From contig OZ024743.1 of assembly GCA_964016885.1 (NCBI GenBank), forward strand, positions 258,912,001 to 258,976,000: 64,000 bases of DNA, given 5' to 3'. The position numbers and the translations under genes are program-made. Below the pieces are notes generated by a model that saw only the letters and a list, made by a program, of their open reading frames with translations, was not told the origin of the DNA and did not search any database. Below, piece after piece: positions 8,418-19,985 of this stretch (position 1 is the first letter of the stretch; each line of letters starts with the position of its first letter). The DNA is from Eledone cirrhosa (lineage: Eukaryota).

Positions 8418-10754
8418 TTACATAGCTTAGTTGTCAGCGACCTCACGGTCAGAACTAGACGAGCCCTGAAACAGAGGCCAACCTGGAGAAGAAAGATCTG
8501 GAAGCTGAAAGTCCCCTCAACCAGTAACAGATTTAAAGATATTTTACTCAACGCCTACGACAGTAAAGAAGAACAGATAGAGACATTTAACGTAGAAGAG
8601 AACTGGGAGTTCCTAAAAAATAACTTACTAGAGGCGACGGATGAGGTTTGTGGCTGGAGTAAGACCTCAAGCAGGAGGAGAGTGACTTGGTGGTGGAACA
8701 ATAAGGTAGATGAAGCAGTCAAGGCCAAGAGACAGGCATGGAAAGAATGGAAGAACGGGGGGAGCAGGGTACATTACATAGAGACCAAGAGGGAAGCTAG
8801 GCGACAAGTATACTTAGCTAGGAGGGAAGCAGAGGATAGAAAATTCAAGCATGTTTTACAACGTGAGGACCAGAAACAGGAGGTATTCAAGATTGCGAGG
8901 CAGTGTGTCAGAGATAGTTGTGATGTCATTGGAGAGAAGTGTATCCGGAATGATAAAGGTGAGCTTGCCCTCACAAGTGCTGAGAAGAAAGATGCATGGA
9001 AGAGTCATTATGATAGATTACTAAATGAGGAGAATGCATGGGAAGAAGAGACCCTACCCCACGTAGACCCTATAGAGGGACCAGCAGTACAAGTCAGCGG
9101 CAGCGTAGTAAGTAAGGCAATCAGAGATATGAAGATAGGGAAGGCAACCGGTCCATCGGGTATAGCTGCCGAGATGCTGAAGGCATCTGGGTCTGTAGGT
9201 CACACTATAACCACACGTATCGTTAACCAGGTAATACTAGAGGGGGCCATACCAAAAGATTGGTGCAGTAGCATCATTGTCAACTGCTACAAAGGTAAAG
9301 GCGATGCACTAGATAGAGGAAACTATAGAGGTATAAAGTTGATGGACCAGGTCATGAAAGTAACAGAAAGAGTTATAGCACAGCTGATTAGGGACCGGGT
9401 GAATATAGACGAGATGCAATTTGGGTTTGTTCCAGGGAAAGGCACCACTGATGCGCTCTTCCTTGTGAGGCAATTACAGGAAAAGTACCTAGCTAAAAGT
9501 AAGCCACTCTACTTGGCATTTGTCGACCTTGAGAAAGCCTTTGACAGAGTTCCACGTGCAGTAATCTGGTGGGCTCTTAGAAAACTAGGAGTAGATGAAT
9601 GGCTTGTGAAAGCGGTACAAGCCATGTATAGGGGAGCAGTCAGCAAAGTTAGGATTGGCAATGAGTATAGCGAGGAATTTAGCGTACAGGTTGGGGTCCA
9701 CCAGGGCTCTGTTCTTAGCCCTCTCCTGTTCATCATAGTCCTGCAGGCAATAACGGAGGAGTTTAAGACCGGATGCCCATGGGAACTCCTGTATGCTGAT
9801 GACCTCGCACTCATAGCTGAATCTATGGTAGAACTAGAGAATAAATTCCAAACCTGGAAGCAGGGACTAGAGAGAAAGGGCCTCAAAGTCAACATGACAA
9901 AGACTAAGGTCCTTATAAGTAGACGAGAAAACAGAACCCAGATCCCCTCAGGGAAATGGCCTTGCTCAGTATGTAGGAAAGGTGTAGGTAGGAACTCCAT
10001 TCTTTGCCCCAAATGCAAACAATGGGTACACAAGAGATGTAGCGGGATCTCAGGAAGCTTAATTAAGAATGTAGGATTCACATGCAGCAGCTGTGCTGAA
10101 ACAGCAAGCAAACAGCCACAGGAAACAAGTACCACCAATCTCTGGGAGGGCCCTGTAGAAACAGTAGACAGCTTCTGCTACCTAGGTGACCGAATTAGCA
10201 ACGGAGGTGGGTGCTCAGAAAGTACAATAACTAGGGTAAGAACGGGATGGAAGAAGTTTAGGGAACTACTACCACTGCTAGCTGCAAAAGGCTTCTCCCT
10301 CAGAATGAAAGGCAGACTGTATGATGCGTGTATCCGAACAGCGATGTTGCATGGTAGTGAGACCTGGGCGCTGAAGGTGGAAGACTTACGTAGATTAGAG
10401 AGAAACGAAGCCTGCATGCTCCGATGGATGTGTAACAGTAATATACGTGAACGACAAAGCATAAATGAATTGAGAGAGAGACTGAGCATAAGAGGAATCA
10501 AATGCTGCGTGCAGGAGAGGCGGTTACGCTGGTATGGACATGTGATGCGTATGAAGGATGACAGCTGCATAAAAAGGTGCAGAGCACTAGAAGTTGATGG
10601 AAACCGCGGAGTGGGGAGACCCAAGATGACTTGGGATGAGATGATAAAAGCCGACCTTACCCAACTACACCTCTCAAAGTCAATGACACACGACCGTGAC
10701 TTCTGGCGTCACGCAGTAATACAGGGTACCCGACCTCCCATGGGTACATGCTGA
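8418..10754 (+). CDS. RTE reverse transcriptase ORF (end of APE domain, RT, PHD-like finger, C-terminus); no native start
   Basis: Frame is open from 8418 (LHSLVVSDL.., the C-terminal strand of the AP endonuclease) to TGA at 10754. Motifs: GKATGPSGI, NYRGIKL, QFGFVPGKGTTDA, FVDLEKAFDRV, GVHQGSVLSPLLF, YADD (9792-9803), FCYLG, RRLRWYGHV, GRPKMTW. Confidence 0.92.
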   Translation, partial: LHSLVVSDLTVRTRRALKQRPTWRRKIWKLKVPSTSNRFKDILLNAYDSKEEQIETFNVEENWEFLKNNLLEATDEVCGWSKTSSRRRVTWWWNNKVDEAVKAKRQAWKEWKNGGSRVHYIETKREARRQVYLARREAEDRKFKHVLQREDQKQEVFKIARQCVRDSCDVIGEKCIRNDKGELALTSAEKKDAWKSHYDRLLNEENAWEEETLPHVDPIEGPAVQVSGSVVSKAIRDMKIGKATGPSGIAAEMLKASGSVGHTITTRIVNQVILEGAIPKDWCSSIIVNCYKGKGDALDRGNYRGIKLMDQVMKVTERVIAQLIRDRVNIDEMQFGFVPGKGTTDALFLVRQLQEKYLAKSKPLYLAFVDLEKAFDRVPRAVIWWALRKLGVDEWLVKAVQAMYRGAVSKVRIGNEYSEEFSVQVGVHQGSVLSPLLFIIVLQAITEEFKTGCPWELLYADDLALIAESMVELENKFQTWKQGLERKGLKVNMTKTKVLISRRENRTQIPSGKWPCSVCRKGVGRNSILCPKCKQWVHKRCSGISGSLIKNVGFTCSSCAETASKQPQETSTTNLWEGPVETVDSFCYLGDRISNGGGCSESTITRVRTGWKKFRELLPLLAAKGFSLRMKGRLYDACIRTAMLHGSETWALKVEDLRRLERNEACMLRWMCNSNIRERQSINELRERLSIRGIKCCVQERRLRWYGHVMRMKDDSCIKRCRALEVDGNRGVGRPKMTWDEMIKADLTQLHLSKSMTHDRDFWRHAVIQGTRPPMGTC

Positions 10755-11058
10755 AGCATATAAACAATATGCCCCCCCCCCCCCCCACCGCAAGGTGGTC
10801 GTGGAGGTGCCACGGCAAAAAAGCACCCAGCCCACACTGTAAAGTGGACGTGTAGGCGCCACGAAAAAGCACCCAGCACTCACTGTAAATGAGGTTGGTG
10901 TTAGGAAGGGCATCCAGCTGTAGAAATCAAGCCAGATCAGTTCCTGTATGAGCAAGGCATGGTCAGCCGACCAGACACTGCCCACAACAGGACAACCCGT
11001 CTAACCCATGCTAGCGTGGAAGAACGGACGTAAAACGGTGATGATGATGATGATGATG
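8418..11058 (+). mobile_element. RTE-clade non-LTR retrotransposon, 5'-truncated, in the last SDAD1 intron
   Basis: RT ORF, 3' motif cccatgctagcgtggaagaacggacgtaaaa and (GAT)n tail; inserted within a minisatellite. Confidence 0.92.
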
Positions 11059-11385
11059 TGTGTTACAGGCTGTTATATGATACATGTTACAGTGTTACAG
11101 GCTGTTATATGATATGTTAAGTGATACATGTTACTGTGCTACAGACTGTTATATGTGATACATGTTACTGTGTGTTACAGGCTGTTACGTGATACATGTT
11201 ACTTTGTGTTACAGGCTGTTATGATATGTTACTGTGTTACATGCTGTTATGTGATACATGTTATTGTGTGTTACTAGCTGCTATGTGATACATGTTACTG
11301 TGTGTTACAAGCTGTTGTTATATGATACATGTTACTGTGTGTTACAGGCTGTTGTTATATGATACATGTCACTGTATGTTACATA
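11059..11385. repeat. Minisatellite, ~30-33-bp unit (right part)
   Basis: About 10 units of tgtgttacaggctgttat(a/g)tgatacatgttac. Confidence 0.9.
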
Positions 11386-11442
11386 ATATGACCATGGGTT
11401 ATATTAAATATTACCATTTTACTATGTGCCATTATTTTCCAG

Positions 11443-11493
11443 GTGGCTTTGAGAAATGCTTTATTGAAGAAACAGAGGACAATGAGAAAATAA
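11443..11493 (+). CDS. SDAD1: SDA1 homolog, terminal coding exon
   Basis: ttttccAG acceptor at 11441-42, phase 0. Encodes VALRNALLKKQRTMRK*, resembling the vertebrate SDAD1 end (LALRDALLKK..). Missed by the ORF track. Confidence 0.88.
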   Translation: MALRNALLKKQRTMRK

Positions 11494-11507
11494 ATGTATA
11501 TATTTGT

Positions 11508-11513
11508 AATAAA
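11508..11513 (+). promoter_or_regulatory. Candidate polyadenylation signal of SDAD1
   Basis: AATAAA 15 nt after the stop (another overlaps the stop at 11489-94), followed by a GT/T-rich tract at about 11533-11562. Confidence 0.55.
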
Positions 11514-11627
11514 TATATCTGTAAAACTTTACTTTTGTTATTGTTTAGTTTTGTATTGTTTGAAAGGTTTAATGTATATATATATACATATACATGCATA
11601 TGTGATATATATATATATATTTTATAA

Positions 11628-11948
11628 TACCCCCTTGGGTCACAAATGATCATGGGATTTGCACCTAGAAAGTTTCTGAGTCACATGTCTGGGCAAGGTT
11701 GTTTGTGGAAAACCAGCAGTCACCCATGCATACCAGGCTCCCCTCTCCATGCCACCAATGTTGTCCAAGGGAAAGGCAAAGGCCAATACAGCTTGGTATA
11801 TCGCAACTCATTTCTACTGCTGAATAAACTGGAACAATGTTAAATAAAGTGTCTTGCTCAGGATCATAAGGCATCACTGAGTATGAGAATCACTCACAAC
11901 CTTCCGAGTGCAAGCCCAATGCTCTAACCACTAAGCCATGCACCTTCA
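11628..11948 (-). mobile_element. tRNA-head/CORE-like SINE (family B)
   Basis: Minus strand reads tggcttagtggttagagca...gagcaagacacttta...; homologous to 14352-14492. Confidence 0.7.
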
Positions 11949-11950
11949 TG

Positions 11951-11986
<36 letters not shown>

Positions 11987-11992
11987 AACACA

Positions 11993-12247
11993 TGCACCCA
12001 GTCCACACTGTAAAGTGGTTGTGTAGGTGTCACAGCAAAAGCACCAGTTCACACTATAAAGTGGTCACGTAGGCATCATGACAAAAAGCACGAGGTTGGT
12101 GTTAGGAAGGGCTCCCAACTGTAGAAACCAAACCAAAATTGGTTCTGTATGAGCAAGACATGGTCACCTGACCAGGCATTGCCCACAACTGGACAACTCA
12201 TCTAACCCATGCTAGTGTGGAAAAATGGATGTAAAATGATGATGATG
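11993..12247 (+). mobile_element. RTE-tailed SINE-like element or RTE 3'UTR copy
   Basis: Colinear with about 10820-11058: tandem unit, gttggtgttaggaaggg, ctaacccatgctag, (GAT)n. Confidence 0.8.
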
Positions 12248-12838
12248 CACCTGTTGGGTTTCACTTCAATTTATTATTACAATTTCTCAGTCGGTTAGTT
12301 TAATAACCAGATGTTGTTTATTTGTTGATTGTCAAAGTTCTTTCATCAATAATTCTTTGACCTTCTAAGTGACTACTTTGTGTCTCTTTGTTCTGTTTTA
12401 TACAGTCTTGTCTTTGACAGCTCACAAAGACAAGATGGTGTAAAACAGAACAAAGAAGGGACACAAAGTAACAACAAAAGTAACAAAAGTAATCACTGAG
12501 GAGGTCACAGAATGATCGACAAAAGGAATTTGATAAGCAACAAATAAACAACCATCTGGTTATTAAACTGACCAAGAAATTGTGTATATTGGGAAAATGA
12601 AATTATCACATGAGCCACATGGCAGGTGCAATGTGTCCGAACACAGAAGAGCTGAACTCCCATTGTCATCGCCCCCATCTCTCTGCATAGTGAGAAAATG
12701 GGGTCCCACGTGCCGGCATAATAACAAATTGAAGTGAAATCTAATAGGTGCATATGTTTTTATTGGCAACATGACCCTCCCAGACTATAACAATATCTGT
12801 TACAATACATGTTTTCAGATAAAATATCTTGCAAAACA
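12246..12838. mobile_element. Inverted-repeat element (copy 1), possibly Penelope-like pLTR-derived
   Basis: Left arm 12246-~12390 is inverted relative to 12470-12585 and 12726-12755. Homologous to 15245-15863. Contains hammerhead-like motifs. Confidence 0.55.
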
Positions 12839-13069
12839 GATACAAAAACGAGTTATATATATATATATATATGAAAATATTACAAGGGTTCTGAGTCTAC
12901 ATTTAAGCTTTCTGTCATTATTGAAACAGCAGAAACTTAAACATAGGGCAGAGAATGCTATTAATAATATCTATACTTAATTTTCTTATTCAAAGAGTAC
13001 TAAGTGGAGTTATATATATATGTGTGTGCATGTATATATGTGTGTGTGTGTATGTATATATATGTATGT

Positions 13070-13981
13070 ATGGAATCAAGAGGACTGAGAGTGAACATAA
13101 CTAAGACAAAAGTGTTGATAAGTAGAAGAGAGGACAATACTCTGATTCCATCAGGGAAATGGCCATGTTCGATATGTAGAAAGGAACTGGCATAAATTCC
13201 ATAAAATGTACGCAATGCAGATCTTGGGTACACAAGAGATGTAGTGGGATAGTAGGCAAACTAACAGGTAGGGAAAACTATGTATGCAGTAGATGTACAG
13301 GGAAAATTGGCAGTAGTAATCGCTGTGATAGACACATTTTTCCAATGCAGGTGGGTTCTATAGAAGTGGTTGATAGCTTCCGGTACCTAGGTGATCAGAT
13401 TATCATGGGAGAGGGGTATTCTGAGGCCATAGTATCTAGAATAAGGACGGGTTGGAAGAAGTTTAGGGAGCTGCTTCCTCTGTTGACAAAGAAGGGTTTC
13501 TCCCTGCATACGAAAGGACGGTTATAAGATGCTTGTGTGACATGCGCGATGCTGCATGATAGGGAGACATGGGCAGCAACTGCAGAGGATATGCGACGGC
13601 TGGAGAGAAATGAAGCAAGTATACTCCGTTGGATTACAATGTCAATGTGCGTGAACGACCAAGCATAGACGAGTTGGGAAAGAAACTGGGTATAAGAGGG
13701 ATAAGTTGTGATGTGCAGGAGAGAAGCCTGAGATGGTATGGACATGTGAAGTGCATGGAGGATGACCGCTGGGTAAAGAAGTGCCAAGAAATCCCAGTAG
13801 AAGGAAGACACAGTAGAGGAAGACCACGAAAAACATGGGCGGAGGTGGTGAGAGCAGAACTCAGATCGCTGAAACTCACGGAGATGACGAAGGACCGTGA
13901 GAAGTGGAGAGATGCTGTGCTGAATAGGACCCGTCCAACCCTTGCAAGCAGCGAAAAGCGGACGTAAAATTATGATGATGA

Positions 13982-13983
<2 letters not shown>
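13070..13983 (+). pseudogene. Decayed 3' fragment of an RTE LINE related to 8418-11058
   Basis: GLRVNITKTKVLISRRE..PSGKWPCSICRK, FRYLGD, GWKKFRELLPLL, LRWYGHV, GRPRKTW, with frameshifts and stops; ends cggacgtaaaattatgatgatg. Confidence 0.9.

Positions 13984-14036
<53 letters not shown>
13984..14036. repeat. (GT)n(AT)n microsatellite
   Basis: Direct reading. Confidence 0.95.
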
Positions 14037-14042
<6 letters not shown>

Positions 14043-14351
14043 TTCAAAATGACAAACAAAAAAACGCTGGAGTCAATGGTACATAGTGTTATTAATTTCA
14101 TGCAGGAGAGTGGGTGGGGAATAGAACTAACAATAAATGTAAAACATGAAATCCAAAAAGAATTAAATGGAATATATTAAAAAATCAGGGTCCGGGAAGG
14201 CAAGCGTGTGGTGGTGCAGGAAGGTAAGGTGTGTGTGTGTATGCGTGGATGAAAGTGTAAGAGTCTGGGAAGAAGCAAGTGTATTTGATTGTGTGTCCAA
14301 GTTTCTGAATGTGTGTGTATGTGGATGGTAAAGATCCGGTTGTAAAACATG

Positions 14352-14492
14352 AACAGCTTGGCACCAGTGACATTGCAACTTATTTCTACAGGTGAGTTAA
14401 CTGGAGCAACTTGAAATAAGGTGTCTTGTCCGGTTATTGAACTCTCAACCTCACGATTGTGAAATCAACGCTCTAACCACTAAGCTACGCAC
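14352..14492 (-). mobile_element. tRNA-head/CORE-like SINE fragment (family B)
   Basis: Homologous to 11788-11945. Confidence 0.65.
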
Positions 14493-14517
14493 CGATACAT
14501 CTCTCTCTCTCTCTCTA

Positions 14518-15165
14518 AAGATCTGTCCGAGATGCATGCGAGACGAAAAAACCATCGCGCACGCATCCGTACACTGCCCGGTTGTTACCGACCTGTGGGG
14601 CTATGTAGAACGCCTATTGTCGCGAGTGGGACCAATCCGGTTGACCACCGAGTCCATTGTCATGATCAAACCACCACCCTCCTTCAAAAACGAAGGAAGG
14701 CGGTTTTCCTTTGTGTGATAGCTATGGCGAAAGAGGTTGAATGGTGGACGAAGTTAAAAGGGCTGAGGTCAGACACCTTTCTCTCCGGCCAACAACTGAT
14801 TCTTTTTTTCAAATACCACTTTGGAAGAAGAATCAGGATGGAGAGAGAGGTGCTGTACCCCAGCAAGTTTTATGAAAGGTGGGTGAAAGTGGCGAGAATG
14901 GCCCGAGTGAATGGGCCTTCTCTCTATATCAGCCTGTAGGTTGAGGAAGAGAGGAAAGGGGTACTCACTCTTCGTACTCCTGGAGATGAGGGTTGCACAT
15001 TTTTTCGGGGGTATATGTTACCCATATGTAATGTCTCCCCCTATTGGGGAAAATCGCTTAATTTTTAAATTGCATTTGTGATAGTATTTTACGTTTTTAT
15101 TGTATGTAAACTTCCCCCTTTGTATTTGTCCCCTTCTTTTGTGCCCCTGTGGCTAATAAAGAATC
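14518..15165 (+). mobile_element. Tx1/L1-clade LINE 3' fragment (CCHC zf-RVT region and 3'UTR)
   Basis: CPRCMRDEKTIAHASVHCP..LW is a CCHC zinc knuckle. One frameshift, stop at 14939, T-rich UTR with AATAAA at 15155-60; (TC)n on both sides. Confidence 0.75.
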
Positions 15166-15179
15166 ATCTCTATCTCTCT

Positions 15180-15248
<69 letters not shown>
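15166..15248. repeat. (CT)n(AT)n microsatellite
   Basis: Direct reading. Confidence 0.95.
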
Positions 15249-16180
<932 letters not shown>

Positions 16181-16564
16181 ATATTTGTGCTATAAAATGT
16201 AGTAGATTTCTGTAATTTATGCTATAAAATTAGTAGATTTCTGTAATTCCTTTTATTATGTAATTTGCTGCAAAATGCATTTCCGTTGTGTCATTTTTAA
16301 TTACGAAATGATGTTTCACGCGATTACTGACACGATGTCTTCAGAAAGCAAGGTAGGTAAAACAATTTTAGTAATACATTTCTTAGGCACTACAACGTTT
16401 GGCGTTATTTCAAAAGATGAACTTTTGAAATAACAATATCGAAAACAAGTCTGATCTGTAGGTTCTCTTTTAGTGAAATACAGTTTACAGGAAATTGTAG
16501 GTTTTGATAAAGATGGGGTCTTATCTCTTACTTTACATTGATCACCATTTAGCCGAGTTTACAT

Positions 16565-16777
16565 GATTTTTACGATGGGCTCAGTTGATAGCCGGATCCA
16601 TCCAATACGCGACAGCAGGTTTTCGAGATAAATCCACAAGTCCACAATACTCGGACATTAACCGAGTTTATGAAGGATGGTTTCGTCACCTTGCGCACAC
16701 CTCGGACAGGTCCGACTGACGGCACTTCCATGCCTGTAGAATTTATCTCGAACTGGTAATGCTTCCCGGTAGTACTG
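16565..16777 (-). pseudogene. Second Tx1/L1-clade fragment (zf-RVT region)
   Basis: Manual translation QYYREALPVRDKFYRHGSAVSRTCPRCAQGDETILHKLG*CPSIVDLWIYLENLLSRIGWIRLSTEPIVKI aligns with the 14521-14670 peptide. Confidence 0.8.
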
Positions 16778-16989
16778 CTACGTCATGTGTTTCTGAAAAT
16801 TATTAATGGGCTCTGGAGCGAATGTCCTCCGCGTCTGACAGGAGATAGTCATGCTTCATGGGCTGGTGGAGCTCTTCAGTCTTAACAGACAGTCCACCAA
16901 GAGATGGTGTCTCGAACAAAATACTGGTTGGTGGTTAAACTTTAAACCACCACCTCAACTATTGAGTGAAATGTCAAATATAATTATAG

Positions 16990-19055
16990 AAGATAATGGC
17001 TACCAAATTAGAAGTTACGTGGCCCTTCCAGACTCCAGGGATATTGTCTCAAGAACATTCTATCAGTGAGGCCTGTCATTGCAAGATTATTGAATAAGTG
17101 TCTGCGGTCAGGAAATACACCAGAGAGGCTTACATTTAGAATGACAAGGTTTATTCTGAAAGTCAGAGAAAGGAAATGTGTCAAACTACCGCTCTATAAC
17201 GTGCCTTGCATTGATGTGGTATAGTTTCCAAGGGAATATATGAAAACCTTGCGGAAAAAATGGCTGCTACATGTGAAGCGGAAGTGTTGTTGAAAGCAGA
17301 CATGGGGTATAAAGGATGAGAGGCTTATTGACAAAATGATTTAAAGAAATTACAGGCGGAGACAAACGAGTTTTGCGATGTAATGGGTGGGCTATCAAAA
17401 TGCTTATGACATTGTACCCCACTCATGTATATTAAAAAGCCTGAGGTTGGTGGGCGTCACAAGGAATGTGACTGAACTAATGAAAAATAGCATGGCAAAG
17501 AGGAAAGTAGAGCTTCATGCTGATGATTAAAAGTTGGGAGACTGTTACTTATCCTTATTGTTTGTAATTGTCTTGATACCTTTGACAATGATTTTGAGAA
17601 AGAGTAAAGCAGGGTATGATTGAGGAAAGAGGACATTCATAAATCTCCTGCTGTTTATGGATGACCTTAAACTTTATGAAAAGAATGAAAAACATCTGGA
17701 CGCCTTGATCAATGCAGTTTGTATATTAATCAGGATATTGGAATGAATTTACGTATTAAAAATGTGGTGTGTTCATTATCAAACGAGAAAGTTTTTGGAA
17801 AGCAAGGAGTAATGGTTCTGAATGGTTCAACAAATTATGCAAACAGATAGGCATAAAGGTTATAAATATCTTCGAATGTTTGAAACATATAAGATCAAGC
17901 ATACAGAAATGAAAAATATAGTTCGGAAAATGTACTTCACACGGGAGAGAAACATTGAAATTAAAACTCAATGCAGGAAACAATATCTGCTTTGAATTTA
18001 AGGGATGTTGCAGGCATCATATTTTGGAAGAAAGACAAACTAAAAGAAATTGATTAGAAGACAAGGAAGCTATTAACTATTAATCGAGCGTTTAATAGTA
18101 TTGAGGATGTTGACAGACTATATTTGCCGGGCGAACTGGTGGGAAGGGTTTGATATGTGCAGAGGACTGTGAAAATGGAAATTGAAAGCTTACGAAAATA
18201 TGTAGCTGGAAATGGTGAAATCACGATCAAAGAAGTAAGTAATGAGAAAGCAAGGAAAAAGATGTCAAAAGGAAAAGCCTGCATCATTACTATAACAAAG
18301 CTCGGCATGGGAAGCGTTATGTGAATTCTGAATCTATCAGAGAGAAAATTAGCTGCGACTGGGTACGAAATGATTACATAATAACAAGAGACGGAGAGAA
18401 TGATCATGACTGCCCAGGATCAGTTATTGAGAACAGGTTGTATCAGAAAGACTGTTGGTGGAGATGATTCAGAAAATTATCGCATGTGTAGTGTCAGTGA
18501 TAAGCTAGTGTCACATATTGTAGCAGAATGCAGAGCACTAGCTCAGAAATGCTTTAAAACATGGCGATAGATAGAGTTACACAGGAGGATGTGCCATCGG
18601 TTCAGTATGGAAGTCCCAGAGAAGTGCTATGATCATGATTGAAATGGTAATTGAGAATGAGAAAGTGAAGATTCTCTGGGACAAAGAACTAAAACACAAC
18701 AAACCTGATGAGAAAAAAGAATGCCGAATAAATGATGTTGGATGGTCCATTAGATTTTAGAATCAATGTAGAAAGATATGATGGCGTGAAGTATGAGATT
18801 TTACGAATCTGGAAATGTAAGAAAATCCATGTAATATCAAAATTAATTGGAGCTTTAGGGACAGTGTTCAAAACATTGACGGGTTGGCTGGAGAGTATTC
18901 ATGTAAAAGAAGAATTTAGCATCTTGTAGAAAGATTGTTTGTTGGGAACAGGGAGGATCCAGTAATATGTGTTGAACACCTGAGGTTAAGGGATTTGACG
19001 TGGGGTTCAAATAGCGAGACCAGTAGAAATACCGAGAACACTCCAAATAATAATG
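16990..19055 (+). pseudogene. Decayed R4/Dong-like (RLE-encoding) non-LTR retrotransposon
   Basis: Broken frames with SNYRSITCL (~17181), LFMDDLKLY (17651), GYKYL, ETERMIMTAQDQLLRT (~18388), RMC..VSHIVAEC..LAQ, ENEKVKILWD, IGALGTV and CLLGT; short (TAA)n tail at about 19047. Confidence 0.8.
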
Positions 19056-19057
19056 AA

Positions 19058-19225
19058 TTCTAGTATAGGCACAAGGCCAGTAATTTGGGGGGAGGGGAAG
19101 TCGATTAAATCGACCCCAGTGCGTTACTGGTGCTTTATTTTATCGACCCTGTAAGGATGAAAGATAAAGTTAACCTCGGCGGAATTTGATCTCGGAACGT
19201 AAAGGGCCGTAACTCTACACCGTGA
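19058..19225 (-). mobile_element. tRNA-derived SINE (family A, long variant)
   Basis: Homologous to 4112-4324. Confidence 0.8.
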
Positions 19226-19811
19226 ATGATGCTCTTTAAATATTATGGACCCAACCCCCTCCCCAATCAGCCATTGTATATTTCTAGAAAACTGTAACTC
19301 ATACATTGACTGACTCATTATTATAATTTGACATGTATAATTAACGAGAATTCCAGAAACATTTAAAATAGTTCTTGTTTAACCACAGGTCAAACTTGAT
19401 CGAGCAAACCTAAGATCAAAGGCATTCCAAGAGTGGCCATTTTATATTCATCATATAAGCAGGGAATGAGACAGGACTGCATTGTTGTTCCTAGCTGAGG
19501 TGGGTGATAGCATGGTGAATACATTTTAGCCGAGGTGTGGTCTTTACCAATTAAAATATTCTAGGTCAATTTAATAAGTATATATATTCGGCATTTCTTT
19601 GTCATTTTGAATGAGTCATATTGACACATTGTTTGTGAATTGTTGTCACAAGATAAAGACTCTCTTTAGATAACTCACATATATATATAATTCCCAGCAC
19701 CTTAACAACGCTTATATATGTTGATAAGATAACTTTCGCAGACCCTCTAACTCTACATCTATAAATAAACGAGATATTGTGGGCTGACGGTCATTAACAA
19801 CGCTGACTGAC

Positions 19812-19985
19812 GTGGTGGTTTGGCAGTATCGGTAGAGGGTCGGACGCCATGCTTTTCAGCAAAGAGTTACGGCCCTTTAAGGTCTGAGTTCAAATCCCGC
19901 CGAGGTTAACATTGCCTTTCATCCTTACGTAGTCGATAAAATGAAGTATCAGTAATACACTGGTATAATTAGCCTTGTGCCAAAA
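19812..19985 (+). mobile_element. tRNA-derived SINE (family A)
   Basis: A-box tggcagtatcgg and B-box gagttcaaatcc; homologous to 1037-1228. Confidence 0.85.

Noticed and set aside
8774-10985. Antisense ORFs over the RTE
   Set aside because: Shadows of the RT frame with no recognisable motifs.
8341-11085. Defined TSD for the RTE insertion
   Set aside because: Both flanks are minisatellite units, so a TSD cannot be distinguished from pre-existing repeats.
11059-11385. Intronic minisatellite or SINE tandem unit as ancestor of the 41-bp satellite
   Set aside because: Only short shared words (ataaca, tgta, ctggg), which is not convincing in AT-rich sequence without alignment statistics.
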